IMG/VR virus record: IMGVR_UViG_3300027733_000053
DNA length: 64,000 nt
DNA from: an uncultured virus (IMG/VR IMGVR_UViG_3300027733_000053)
Taxonomy: Duplodnaviria; Heunggongvirae; Uroviricota; Caudoviricetes; Crassvirales
Reading direction: 5' to 3' (one strand)
Shown here piece after piece: positions 38,450 to 46,194 of this stretch. The first letter of the stretch is position 1. Each line of letters opens with the position of its first letter. The notes under the pieces are model-generated. The model did not search any database. It had not been told where the DNA came from and was given only the letters and a program-made list of their open reading frames with translations. The translations under genes were made by a program, and so were the position numbers.

Positions 38450-38936
38450 TGTATATGTATTACTTATTGTTGGTATTGCTTGTTACTAGATTCTTTTTGA
38501 AGAGAGAGTAACGAAAATGTAACCCTAACCCTAAAGAAAGAGCTACATTCCATTACTATATTTGCTCTTATACCGAGTTCCCCGTTTAAGTATAGCTGAC
38601 AAGGGAAAATGTACCCATCCTTCTTGTCATTTAAAATTATCCTTTTTAACGTGGGGAGGTGTTGTGTTCAATTCCTGACAATACCAAAACCACTACCTTC
38701 CTTTCGGTTGGTGAAGCGGATATAGACATTTAGCTTAGCCTTTCTTATGTGGGCCATTGCTATTCGTCAATATATATTAATTCTCTTTTCATTCTCTCTA
38801 GGTAAAAAACACAAAACCTCACCAAAATTAATTAGCGAGGTCTTTATGGTAGAGGTTTTGCTCGGTTTAACCGATAATATTTTTTTATTGTTTGTCTATA
38901 TCGCCTCGCTAAAAACATATGGACAGCACAAATGTA
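38450..38936 (-). ncRNA. Candidate structured leader RNA A
   Basis: -7 TACATTTG; complementary loops TTAGCGAGG/CCTCGCTAA; four motifs shared with 48159-48600. Confidence 0.5.
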
Positions 38937-38987
38937 GTAATTTATTTCGATATGACAACAAATCGATGCAAAATAATTGCATTCCTT

Positions 38988-39006
38988 ATTTAGAATCATT
39001 CTAAAG
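38988..39006. promoter_or_regulatory. Fur/PerR-like palindrome upstream of the early cluster
   Basis: ATTTAGAATCATTCTAAAG. Confidence 0.6.
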
Positions 39007-39070
39007 TTGCCTCTGAAACATCAGTAAAATCAACGAATATTAAAATAAATAAAAATAAATAAAAAAAAAC

Positions 39071-39095
39071 GTAACCTTAATCAGAAAGCCCCGTA
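39071..39095 (+). promoter_or_regulatory. ECF-type early promoter
   Basis: GTAACC-N15-CGTA. Confidence 0.7.
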
Positions 39096-39127
39096 TAACA
39101 AGTATATTAACCAATAAACAAAACACT

Positions 39128-39319
39128 ATGAACGAATACAAAATAATCGAGCTAAGAGACGGAAACGAAATAATCATCAAAGGATATGAAGACCATCTAC
39201 GAAGATACATCAGTTTTAACTTCCACGGACAAATTCAAAAGGTGCTTCGCCATCGAGTAAAGGTGACAATAAAAGAGGAAGGCGAAAGCGAATTCAAACC
39301 CTTCAAAACTGCATGGTAA
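39128..39319 (+). CDS. Small early protein
   Basis: A-rich ...ACACTATG leader. Confidence 0.7.
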   Translation: MNEYKIIELRDGNEIIIKGYEDHLRRYISFNFHGQIQKVLRHRVKVTIKEEGESEFKPFKTAW

Positions 39320-39337
39320 AAAAAAGTTTAAAAAAAT

Positions 39338-39362
39338 GTAACCTTTACCAGAACACAGCGTA
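39338..39362 (+). promoter_or_regulatory. ECF-type early promoter
   Basis: GTAACC-N15-CGTA. Confidence 0.7.
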
Positions 39363-39398
39363 TAACAAGTATATTAACAATCTAAAAACCTAAACACT

Positions 39399-39590
39399 AT
39401 GAAAACTTACGAAGTAACACTATTGCTAGCTATCAATCCTTCAAGAGATATAGATTCAGCAGAACCGCAAACAAAAAGAGTTGAATTCAATGTTCAAGCT
39501 AATTCTGAGAATGAAGCAAGAGTAAAAGCAAAAGAATTAGAAACATCGGGGTTATCGGTTTGGGAAAGTTGGGCATATGAGGTTAACTGA
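39399..39590 (+). CDS. Small early protein; stop codon lies in the hammerhead core
   Basis: TGA 39588-39590 is part of CUGA. Confidence 0.7.
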   Translation: MKTYEVTLLLAINPSRDIDSAEPQTKRVEFNVQANSENEARVKAKELETSGLSVWESWAYEVN

Positions 39591-39630
39591 AGAGGATTCA
39601 ATATCCGAAACGCTGAGAAGCGTATTAACC
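39581..39630 (+). ncRNA. Hammerhead ribozyme 1 (type I; GUA, cut after 39624)
   Basis: GGTTAA-CTGAAGA-GGAT/ATCC-GAAA-CGCT(GAGA)AGCG-TA-TTAACC. Confidence 0.92.
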
Positions 39631-39649
39631 AACTAAAAACACTACTACT

Positions 39650-40006
39650 ATGAAAACTGAAAACAAAAAAATCGAAACCCTTCTTAATGAAGCGAAAGAA
39701 TTGCTTACCATCTTTGATGATTACAACGTAGCTACAGATGATGTTAAAGCTAGAATAAAAGCAATACTTGATGAGATGACTAACGATGATGATGATGATG
39801 ACTCATTTTATTCTAGCTTTAACATCATCTACAGAATCTGCGATAAAACGGGAGAAAAATTCACTGAAGGCTTTTGTTTCGGAGATGGCGAAAGATATTT
39901 CGCAAGCGAAGAACACGCCTTAGAATATGCAAAAGAAATAGGATACGAGAGTCTAGATGAAGCGTACAATGATGATGCATACTATTTCTCAATTTGGGGC
40001 GAATAA
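39650..40006 (+). CDS. Acidic early protein
   Basis: 118 aa, poly-Asp tract. Confidence 0.7.
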   Translation: MKTENKKIETLLNEAKELLTIFDDYNVATDDVKARIKAILDEMTNDDDDDDSFYSSFNIIYRICDKTGEKFTEGFCFGDGERYFASEEHALEYAKEIGYESLDEAYNDDAYYFSIWGE

Positions 40007-40056
40007 GGTTAACTGAAGAGTCCTAAATGGACGAAACGCTGAGAAGCGTCTTAACC
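40007..40056 (+). ncRNA. Hammerhead ribozyme 2 (GUC, cut after 40050)
   Basis: GGTTAA-CTGAAGA-GTCC/GGAC-GAAA-CGCT(GAGA)AGCG-TC-TTAACC. Confidence 0.93.
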
Positions 40057-40074
40057 AATAAAAACTTAAACACT

Positions 40075-40341
40075 ATGAAAACTTTCAAACAAGGCGAACA
40101 AAACACTAACGAAGAACACAACGTAAATTCGTTAATAGTAGAAATGGCTTCAGAAATGGCAAGCGAAACTACAGAAAGATTTTTTAATCTTATGGGCATC
40201 AAATTAGAGCAAGAAGACGAGAGCGGAGATACACGTTACACTGACGATGCTCAAGATTTTTTTAACGAAGAATACGACAGACAAATGGATTTGCTTTACG
40301 CCTTCACAAACGACTTAATGAAGATAACAAACAAAGGTTAA
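40075..40341 (+). CDS. Acidic early protein (start moved from 40027 to 40075)
   Basis: ACACTATG leader; the ATG at 40027 is inside the ribozyme. Confidence 0.7.
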   Translation: MKTFKQGEQNTNEEHNVNSLIVEMASEMASETTERFFNLMGIKLEQEDESGDTRYTDDAQDFFNEEYDRQMDLLYAFTNDLMKITNKG

Positions 40342-40385
40342 CTGACGAGTCCTAAGGGGACGAAACGCTGAGAAGCGTCTTAACC
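40336..40385 (+). ncRNA. Hammerhead ribozyme 3 (GUC, cut after 40379)
   Basis: GGTTAA-CTGACGA-GTCC/GGAC-GAAA-CGCT(GAGA)AGCG-TC-TTAACC. Confidence 0.93.
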
Positions 40386-40403
40386 AATAAAAAAATAAAC
40401 ACT

Positions 40404-40739
40404 ATGAAAACTACAAGAGAAAAAATCGAAGCATCAATCCTAAGACAACAATACAGTCAACGAGGAGGCGGAGTAGAAATTGACCTAGCAAAATTCGGCT
40501 TTAGAGAAGGTAGCAGAATGTCAGCCTACCAAAACTACTTAGGAGGCGGAATGTTGGGAAGCATCCAAACAAACCACAACATCTTCAGAACATCATTCAC
40601 GACCACTGAGACAAGAAAGCTAGAAAGAATAGCGTTAGAGCTATCGAAATACTTTCACGAGCTAACGAATCACGAGGATGATGAGTGGGAATCTGCATCC
40701 TTCGAAGAGAATCAAAACAGACCTGCATCAGCATACTAA
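40404..40739 (+). CDS. Early hypothetical protein
   Basis: YQNYLGGGMLG motif. Confidence 0.7.
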   Translation: MKTTREKIEASILRQQYSQRGGGVEIDLAKFGFREGSRMSAYQNYLGGGMLGSIQTNHNIFRTSFTTTETRKLERIALELSKYFHELTNHEDDEWESASFEENQNRPASAY

Positions 40740-40758
40740 CTTTTAAGACCTAGAAACT

Positions 40759-40968
40759 ATGGAAAAAGGAAAAAAATATATCGAAGAAGGCCGAATAGAT
40801 GGAGAAAAAACATTCACTAAACAAGGAGCTATCAGAAGAATAAAGTCAATACTAAAGGACGATAAAGAATTGCTAGAAACTTTACACATAGAGGATGTTA
40901 ACAAACTTTCAGAAGACAGACTCTTAGATATAGCGTATAACTACTACGAGATAAGCGCAATTAACTAA
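40759..40968 (+). CDS. Small early protein
   Basis: CCTAGAAACTATG leader. Confidence 0.65.
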   Translation: MEKGKKYIEEGRIDGEKTFTKQGAIRRIKSILKDDKELLETLHIEDVNKLSEDRLLDIAYNYYEISAIN

Positions 40969-40988
40969 CCAATAAAAACCTAGAAACT

Positions 40989-41111
40989 ATGGAAAAATTA
41001 GAAGCCCTAAAAAAGACGCTAGAAACGATTAAAAATTTGCCCGACCAACACAAACACCTTGACGCTATGCATTGGCTCGCAAATCGCATAAAAGAGGCAG
41101 AAAAAGGTTAA
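40989..41111 (+). CDS. 40-aa early protein (not in ORF track)
   Basis: MEKLEALKKTLE...EKG; same leader as the previous gene; TAA lies in hammerhead stem I. Confidence 0.6.
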   Translation: MEKLEALKKTLETIKNLPDQHKHLDAMHWLANRIKEAEKG

Positions 41112-41159
41112 CTGAAGAGGATTCAATATCCGAAACCTACAGAAATGTAGGTCTTAACC
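41106..41159 (+). ncRNA. Hammerhead ribozyme 4 (GUC, cut after 41153)
   Basis: GGTTAA-CTGAAGA-GGAT/ATCC-GAAA-CCTACA(GAAA)TGTAGG-TC-TTAACC; stem III fully covaried. Confidence 0.93.
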
Positions 41160-41173
41160 AAAAAAACACTATT

Positions 41174-41425
41174 ATGAAAACAGAAATTAATTTTAGCAAC
41201 AAAAAATGTGGATTCACTTTTGACTTAGAAGCGAAAGAAATTAGCGGATGGGACTTCACCGACAAGTACAACGATGTAAAGTGTTACAACAGGACGAGCC
41301 GTTCTATAAAAAAGGCTCTGAGCAATCTACAGAACGAATTTAACGATGACCTTTCTATGTATCAAGTTATGGATATAATTTCTAATTCGGGAGTAAAAAT
41401 GCATTCATATTGTGGGATGGACTAA
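41174..41425 (+). CDS. Early hypothetical protein (start moved from 41072 to 41174)
   Basis: A-rich leader after the ribozyme. Confidence 0.65.
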   Translation: MKTEINFSNKKCGFTFDLEAKEISGWDFTDKYNDVKCYNRTSRSIKKALSNLQNEFNDDLSMYQVMDIISNSGVKMHSYCGMD

Positions 41426-41483
41426 CAAGCCACGCACAACGACCTATAACTGAGAAGTACTAACTGACCAAAACTAAAACACT

Positions 41484-41648
41484 ATGAAAACTTTCAAAAC
41501 AATTGACCAAGCAATTTCTTACATCAAAAATATAAGGGGAATAACTACGGGAGAAATTCTCTCGACAAAACTAGAGCTAGTTAAAAACAAAGTAACTAAA
41601 ATTAAGGGGACGTATATCTTTGTAGATGAATTCAACATCCTCGCATAA
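41484..41648 (+). CDS. 54-aa early protein (not in ORF track)
   Basis: MKTFKTIDQAISY...; ACACTATG leader. Confidence 0.6.
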   Translation: MKTFKTIDQAISYIKNIRGITTGEILSTKLELVKNKVTKIKGTYIFVDEFNILA

Positions 41649-41707
41649 AAAAGCTACACGAAACGACCTATAACTGAGAACGACTAACCACTAAAAACAA
41701 AAATACT

Positions 41708-41869
41708 ATGTTTAACAAGTTAAAAACGCTGAGAAAAAATCCGATGGCTCCTCAGCACGTCATCGACACGGCAAAGGAATACCAAGCCATAATGAACACT
41801 AAATTTAGAAAAGAATATTTACATCAGATAGAATTGTTTATAAATGACAATAAAAAATATTTGAATTAA
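41708..41869 (+). CDS. 53-aa early protein (not in ORF track)
   Basis: MFNKLKTLRKNP... Confidence 0.55.
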   Translation: MFNKLKTLRKNPMAPQHVIDTAKEYQAIMNTKFRKEYLHQIELFINDNKKYLN

Positions 41870-41871
41870 AC

Positions 41872-41896
41872 GAAACCTTTTCAGAAAACCAACGTA
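41872..41896 (+). promoter_or_regulatory. ECF-type promoter
   Basis: GAAACC-N15-CGTA. Confidence 0.6.
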
Positions 41897-41933
41897 AAAC
41901 AAATAAAATTAATTAATTTAAAAAATAAAAACT

Positions 41934-42158
41934 ATGAAAACAGCAAAAGAACGCTATGAAGCAATTAAAAATTTAATTGATACTAATAGCATACCTGAAG
42001 GATGCGAGGTGCGTCTATGGATTAACAATTGCTCAAGACAAGAACTTCTTGAACTTGGTGCTGAACTTGGGATACCTTGTGATAAAAGAAGTGATTATAA
42101 TTCAAAATTATATCTTCACCTTCAATTAGATGATAATGAAATCACGTTGTGGGAATAA
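41934..42158 (+). CDS. Small early protein
   Basis: ORF with A-rich leader. Confidence 0.65.
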   Translation: MKTAKERYEAIKNLIDTNSIPEGCEVRLWINNCSRQELLELGAELGIPCDKRSDYNSKLYLHLQLDDNEITLWE

Positions 42159-42229
42159 ATTTTCAAGTTAAAATCTTGATCTATTTACCGACATGTAACT
42201 GAGAACGACTAACTAAAAAAAACAAAAAT

Positions 42230-42436
42230 ATGTATTATCAGACTGAAGAAAAAGCAAAAGAAGTTCAAGATAGATTTGCAAAAGAATTTAAAATCTTTGA
42301 AAACATTTACTTTGTTGAAGGAGCTAAAATTTGGAAATGGTGGCTAGGAACACAAAAGTCTTGGGAAAAAGAGTGCGCTATTTTAGAAAGAAAAAAAATA
42401 AAAGCAGAAATTAAACGAAATTTAAAAAATAAATAA
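42230..42436 (+). CDS. Small early protein
   Basis: ORF with A-rich leader. Confidence 0.6.
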   Translation: MYYQTEEKAKEVQDRFAKEFKIFENIYFVEGAKIWKWWLGTQKSWEKECAILERKKIKAEIKRNLKNK

Positions 42437-42455
42437 ATTCTAAAACTTATAAATT

Positions 42456-42662
42456 ATGACAAGAGAAAAATGCAAAAAAATGCTCCCTATTATCGAGGCA
42501 TTTGCAAACGGAGAAAACATAGAATTTTATGATTCTTTACAAATAGTTGGAGGGACAAGAGGTGAGTGGAGAACTGCTGAAAATATTGGCTTTGGAGCAA
42601 GAGTTGAAGACTATAGGTTGATAACAAAAGATAATAAAATAGTTTATTTTTTTAATAAATAA
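42456..42662 (+). CDS. Small early protein
   Basis: MTRE..K.LPIIEAFANG..IE motif. Confidence 0.65.
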   Translation: MTREKCKKMLPIIEAFANGENIEFYDSLQIVGGTRGEWRTAENIGFGARVEDYRLITKDNKIVYFFNK

Positions 42663-42680
42663 AAATAAAACAAAAAAAAC

Positions 42681-42705
42681 GTAACCTTTTTGAAAAGCAT
42701 ACGTA
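42681..42705 (+). promoter_or_regulatory. ECF-type promoter
   Basis: GTAACC-N15-CGTA. Confidence 0.7.
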
Positions 42706-42739
42706 GAACAAATAAAATCAACTTTAAATTATAGAAATT

Positions 42740-43027
42740 ATGAATCAGACGTATAAAGAAAGAATAGAAGTGGTGATGCCACACCTTGCAATAAACTTTT
42801 TAAATGCAATGAGAGAATTGGCTCCATCAACACAAAAGTGGATTCAATACAAGGGTTTTAAGGTAGAGGATGACTACATTATCTTGGAATTTAAAAGTAG
42901 TCAGCGATCAATTTATTTTAACATCGGGGCGAAAGCATTCACATCATTATACGGAGAAATTGAATTAGACTACAACACAACGTATAACTTTTTTAGAACT
43001 TTAAAGTATGATAATTTTATTTTTTAA
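42740..43027 (+). CDS. Hypothetical protein
   Basis: ORF. Confidence 0.6.
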   Translation: MNQTYKERIEVVMPHLAINFLNAMRELAPSTQKWIQYKGFKVEDDYIILEFKSSQRSIYFNIGAKAFTSLYGEIELDYNTTYNFFRTLKYDNFIF

Positions 43028-43031
43028 AAAC

Positions 43032-43056
43032 GTAACCTTCTACAAAACCAAACGTA
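43032..43056 (+). promoter_or_regulatory. ECF-type promoter
   Basis: GTAACC-N15-CGTA. Confidence 0.7.
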
Positions 43057-43100
43057 CAAACCTGTAACTGAGAACGACTAACTAAAAAAACTAAAAAGCT

Positions 43101-43448
43101 ATGGAAACATCATTAAAAAATTTGAAAAAAGCAATCGAAGATATTGCAAAAAAAAATCCACTTGGTTTCACAATTGACAAGAAAACATTGGAACCGATTT
43201 CAAAAGGCTATGCTATAGCTGTTTCAGAGACGCAAGATAGTTTTGGTAGCGAAGGGTTGGACAAAGTAATTGACATAAGCAAAAAAAGTTTTATCGATGC
43301 CTTTGGCGGATGGCTGAACGATGATAAGTATTACTACGATGCAGTGATGATAGTTGATAACATTGACGATGCATTGTTGCTAGGAATGAGAAATAAGCAG
43401 AAGGCAATCTTTAACCTTGCCACACTAAAAGAGATAAGTCTGGGTTAG
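43101..43448 (+). CDS. Conserved early protein (GFT...GGW...YYD...Q.AIF.L)
   Basis: Motif pattern; function uncertain. Confidence 0.6.
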   Translation: METSLKNLKKAIEDIAKKNPLGFTIDKKTLEPISKGYAIAVSETQDSFGSEGLDKVIDISKKSFIDAFGGWLNDDKYYYDAVMIVDNIDDALLLGMRNKQKAIFNLATLKEISLG

Positions 43449-43453
43449 ACGAT

Positions 43454-43494
43454 AGGAGGGGGTGTTTAGTAGTGTTTTCACTTCCTCCTTTTTT
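43454..43494 (+). terminator. Intrinsic terminator
   Basis: AGGAGG..GTG/CAC..CCTCCT stem plus U-run. Confidence 0.7.
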
Positions 43495-43535
43495 AAAACT
43501 ACCACACGTAACGAGCTATAACTGAGAAGAAAATT

Positions 43536-43796
43536 ATGACGAATATAAAAACGCTTAAAGATTTATCAATTTTAAATGAGAAATTTGATACAAGTAACGG
43601 ACACGGGTTCGATGGAGAAAAAGGATCTCGCTTTGATTTTAACGATGGCTCTTTTCTAATTGTAGGAACTATTCTTGTAAGATTGCAAAAGCCTGAAAAC
43701 TATATGGTTTACGTTAATCCCGAAAAGGCAATAGTGCTAAGAAACAAAAGATTATCCGCTCAGCAGATAGACACAATCTTTAAATTGGTATCTTAG
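43536..43796 (+). CDS. Hypothetical protein
   Basis: ORF. Confidence 0.6.
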   Translation: MTNIKTLKDLSILNEKFDTSNGHGFDGEKGSRFDFNDGSFLIVGTILVRLQKPENYMVYVNPEKAIVLRNKRLSAQQIDTIFKLVS

Positions 43797-43800
43797 TGTT

Positions 43801-44037
43801 ATGGAACATAAAAAATATGATTGCATCACCATTGACTTTGTGTTGTTCAACAAATGTTTCTCAGGAGAAAACATTTACGAGACCGAAGCCGATGCAGTGA
43901 GAGAGGCAAAGAGACTGAAGATGGAGTTTGAGTTGAAGGGGTTATATCCATCAGTAAGCATTGTGTACATGTACACTGACGGAGAGATAGTGGCTTACGA
44001 ACTTGACTTATGGATTCACATGAATAATTTAAACTAA
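43801..44037 (+). CDS. Hypothetical protein
   Basis: ORF. Confidence 0.55.
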   Translation: MEHKKYDCITIDFVLFNKCFSGENIYETEADAVREAKRLKMEFELKGLYPSVSIVYMYTDGEIVAYELDLWIHMNNLN

Positions 44038-44053
44038 CCTAAAACTAAATACT

Positions 44054-44293
44054 ATGAAAGAGATACTAGAAACCGTAGGAACTGAATTCGATGCAACGAA
44101 TTTAATAGAGCCAGTGCTATTGATTGACCTTAATGGCGATAAGCTAAACGAGAACAAGGAGGAGGATTGGAAGGTGTGGGAGATAGCTAAACTACTTGTG
44201 GTGATATGCGCCTCACACAAACTAAATGTGTACAATCCTGATGACTTTGTATCCGCAAAAATTATGTTGATAGAATCTGTAAGGATGAATTAA
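44054..44293 (+). CDS. Hypothetical protein
   Basis: ORF. Confidence 0.55.
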   Translation: MKEILETVGTEFDATNLIEPVLLIDLNGDKLNENKEEDWKVWEIAKLLVVICASHKLNVYNPDDFVSAKIMLIESVRMN

Positions 44294-44348
44294 TTTTAAC
44301 TTGTATTTAATAATAATTAGTAATACTTTTGACAAAAACAAAAAAAAT

Positions 44349-44552
44349 ATGCAACACTTAGAAGACGAAGCAGTAAGAAAAAAAGAAATGGTATCTCTAG
44401 AGCAGGTACTTACAATAGTGAAAAACAATTTCAACGACATCCATATACAGATGGTCTCTCGTAAACGAGAAGAGCAGATGATAATCGGAGACCTCGTGAC
44501 CGTTTTAGAGATGAGTATTAAGAGTGAAATAAAAGAATTAAAAACAAAATAA
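44349..44552 (+). CDS. Hypothetical protein (start MQHLED)
   Basis: ATG after TACTTTTG -7 element. Confidence 0.5.
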   Translation: MQHLEDEAVRKKEMVSLEQVLTIVKNNFNDIHIQMVSRKREEQMIIGDLVTVLEMSIKSEIKELKTK

Positions 44553-44567
44553 CCACTAACCAAAACT

Positions 44568-45050
44568 ATGAAAACTATGAAAATCAATTTAGGAAAGCTC
44601 AACAGAGCGTATGAATTCTTCAATGAATTAAATGAAAAGGCTAACAGCGACAACGTACTTGTTGCGGGAGATGTGAATGCATTAAGAGTAAAGCATCGTG
44701 TGTCAAGCAATGCCTTTAAGAGTGCTGTGACTATTGGATACTTTTCTAAGGTAAAGCACGGGAGATACAAGTCCAACTTCGGATTAAAATTCGATCCAAA
44801 ACATATCAGAGAAATTCTTGAGAAAGAAAAACAATTGTACCCAAAGGTATTAAGCACAGATAAAAAAGAAGCAACTATGACGAAAGTAAAAAAGAAACGT
44901 GCTAAGCGCGGAACTTATAAGCCAAGAAAGGCTAATGTAGTAAAGGTTGAAGAAAAATACACAGGACATGTGATGAACCCTACACAACCAATGATTGCTC
45001 AGAACAAAACATTCAGCATTTTTTGGGGGTTAATTAAATTCAACTACTAA
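44568..45050 (+). CDS. Basic hypothetical protein
   Basis: C-terminal FSIFWGLIKFNY motif. Confidence 0.6.
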   Translation: MKTMKINLGKLNRAYEFFNELNEKANSDNVLVAGDVNALRVKHRVSSNAFKSAVTIGYFSKVKHGRYKSNFGLKFDPKHIREILEKEKQLYPKVLSTDKKEATMTKVKKKRAKRGTYKPRKANVVKVEEKYTGHVMNPTQPMIAQNKTFSIFWGLIKFNY

Positions 45051-45379
45051 TGAAGGAACTAAACACCTCTAAATTTGAATCTACAGAGATTGTAGACCAA
45101 GTTAAACAAGAAAAGAAAACTGTTCTCGTTAACAGATTGCTTCCAAAACAAGGGCATAAATGCTTTCAATACAATGTAGAAAGCAATGAGTTAACTTATG
45201 CAAAGTTTGTGGAATCTAATATAGATTTTGAGTCTGCATCTCAAGGCAACATTGTTGCAAGAAGAAAAGTTTTGATAGTTGATAGTTGTATGTACGTCAC
45301 CGCGCTTAACTTTAAAAACGCGGTGAAGCATCTTCAGAATATCCTTGAGAAAAAAATTGAACCTGTAATTGTTAAATAA
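45050..45379 (+). CDS. Hypothetical protein
   Basis: GH..F...C.YV.ALN.KNA motif. Confidence 0.6.
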   Translation: MKELNTSKFESTEIVDQVKQEKKTVLVNRLLPKQGHKCFQYNVESNELTYAKFVESNIDFESASQGNIVARRKVLIVDSCMYVTALNFKNAVKHLQNILEKKIEPVIVK

Positions 45380-45611
45380 CTTTTTCAATAAAACAAAAAC
45401 CTATGAAACACTTATCAATACAAAAAACTATCGAGCCTGACATCAGATTCAGGTCTATCAACGACTGGTACAAGCATATTGCTAAAGAAGTAAAGAAGGT
45501 GAAGGGAGGGCGAAATGTACAGAATGCTTGATCAGGAAATCCTCATCCAATATCTTACACAGAGCATCGAGAACAATCGAAAAGAAATTTACAGAAATAT
45601 TAAAAATTTAT

Positions 45612-45637
45612 GTAACCTTGAGTTCGATAGACTCGTA
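45612..45637 (+). promoter_or_regulatory. ECF-type promoter
   Basis: GTAACC-N16-CGTA. Confidence 0.55.
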
Positions 45638-45680
45638 AGAGAGATAAATGAAGATGTTAAACTAATTAATCTTATACAAA

Positions 45681-45911
45681 GTGATACTGACTAAAGAACA
45701 AAAAGAGAAGACGACCTTTACAGAGATTCTTACATCAAGAGGAAGTTTTAAAGAGTTTGAGAGCGATGGCTTGCTAAAGCCTTCTGATTGGAGAGTTGTG
45801 GAACTTATCACCCGCGACTACACTCTCTCAGGGAAGTCTGTCTTCCTTGCCTACCACAACGACAGAAACGAACTATTAGCAACACTTTTTATTGGAACCT
45901 TAAACGACTAA
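45681..45911 (+). CDS. Hypothetical protein
   Basis: ORF. Confidence 0.5.
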   Translation: MILTKEQKEKTTFTEILTSRGSFKEFESDGLLKPSDWRVVELITRDYTLSGKSVFLAYHNDRNELLATLFIGTLND

Positions 45912-45915
45912 AACT

Positions 45916-46194
45916 ATGTATTTCACAGGAACAAAAGTAATATGTTTAAACGAAGATGGATGGAGAAAACCTAATGGGTCTTACATCCCAGGCCCAAAGA
46001 AGGGCGACATCTGCACTGTATCAGGCAAAGAAGATGATGAACACATTCTTATCGAAGGATGGAGCAGGCTAAAGACTGACGGATATCATATCTCAGAATT
46101 CCGTCCGCAAAATAATTCAGAAAAGTTTTCTGAAAACGTAACCTTGCAATTAGAATTAACGTTTAACGATACAGATATAGATGTTCAAGGTTAA
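45916..46194 (+). CDS. Small SH3-like hypothetical protein
   Basis: F..G.KVIC...PKKG.I.TV...FRP. Confidence 0.55.
   Translation: MYFTGTKVICLNEDGWRKPNGSYIPGPKKGDICTVSGKEDDEHILIEGWSRLKTDGYHISEFRPQNNSEKFSENVTLQLELTFNDTDIDVQG
46138..46163 (+). promoter_or_regulatory. ECF-type promoter
   Basis: GTAACC-N16-CGTT, upstream of the 46181 ORF. Confidence 0.5.

Larger units (their letters stand above)
41439..43530 (+). repeat. Five intergenic copies of (ACG)ACCTRTAACTGAGAACGACTAAC
   Basis: Copies near 41439, 41663, 42189, 43060, 43511. Confidence 0.8.

Noticed and set aside
40027..40074. ORF-track N-terminal extensions at 40027 and 41072
   Set aside because: They run through ribozymes; downstream ATGs (40075, 41174) have the conserved leader.
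39581..43530. Repeats as a CRISPR array or integron attC sites
   Set aside because: Spacers are whole genes of 300-800 nt, no cas or intI gene is present, and the repeats fit the hammerhead consensus.
44222..44857. 211-aa minus-strand ORF
   Set aside because: Antisense to A-rich plus-strand genes with proper leaders; F/L/I-rich artefact.
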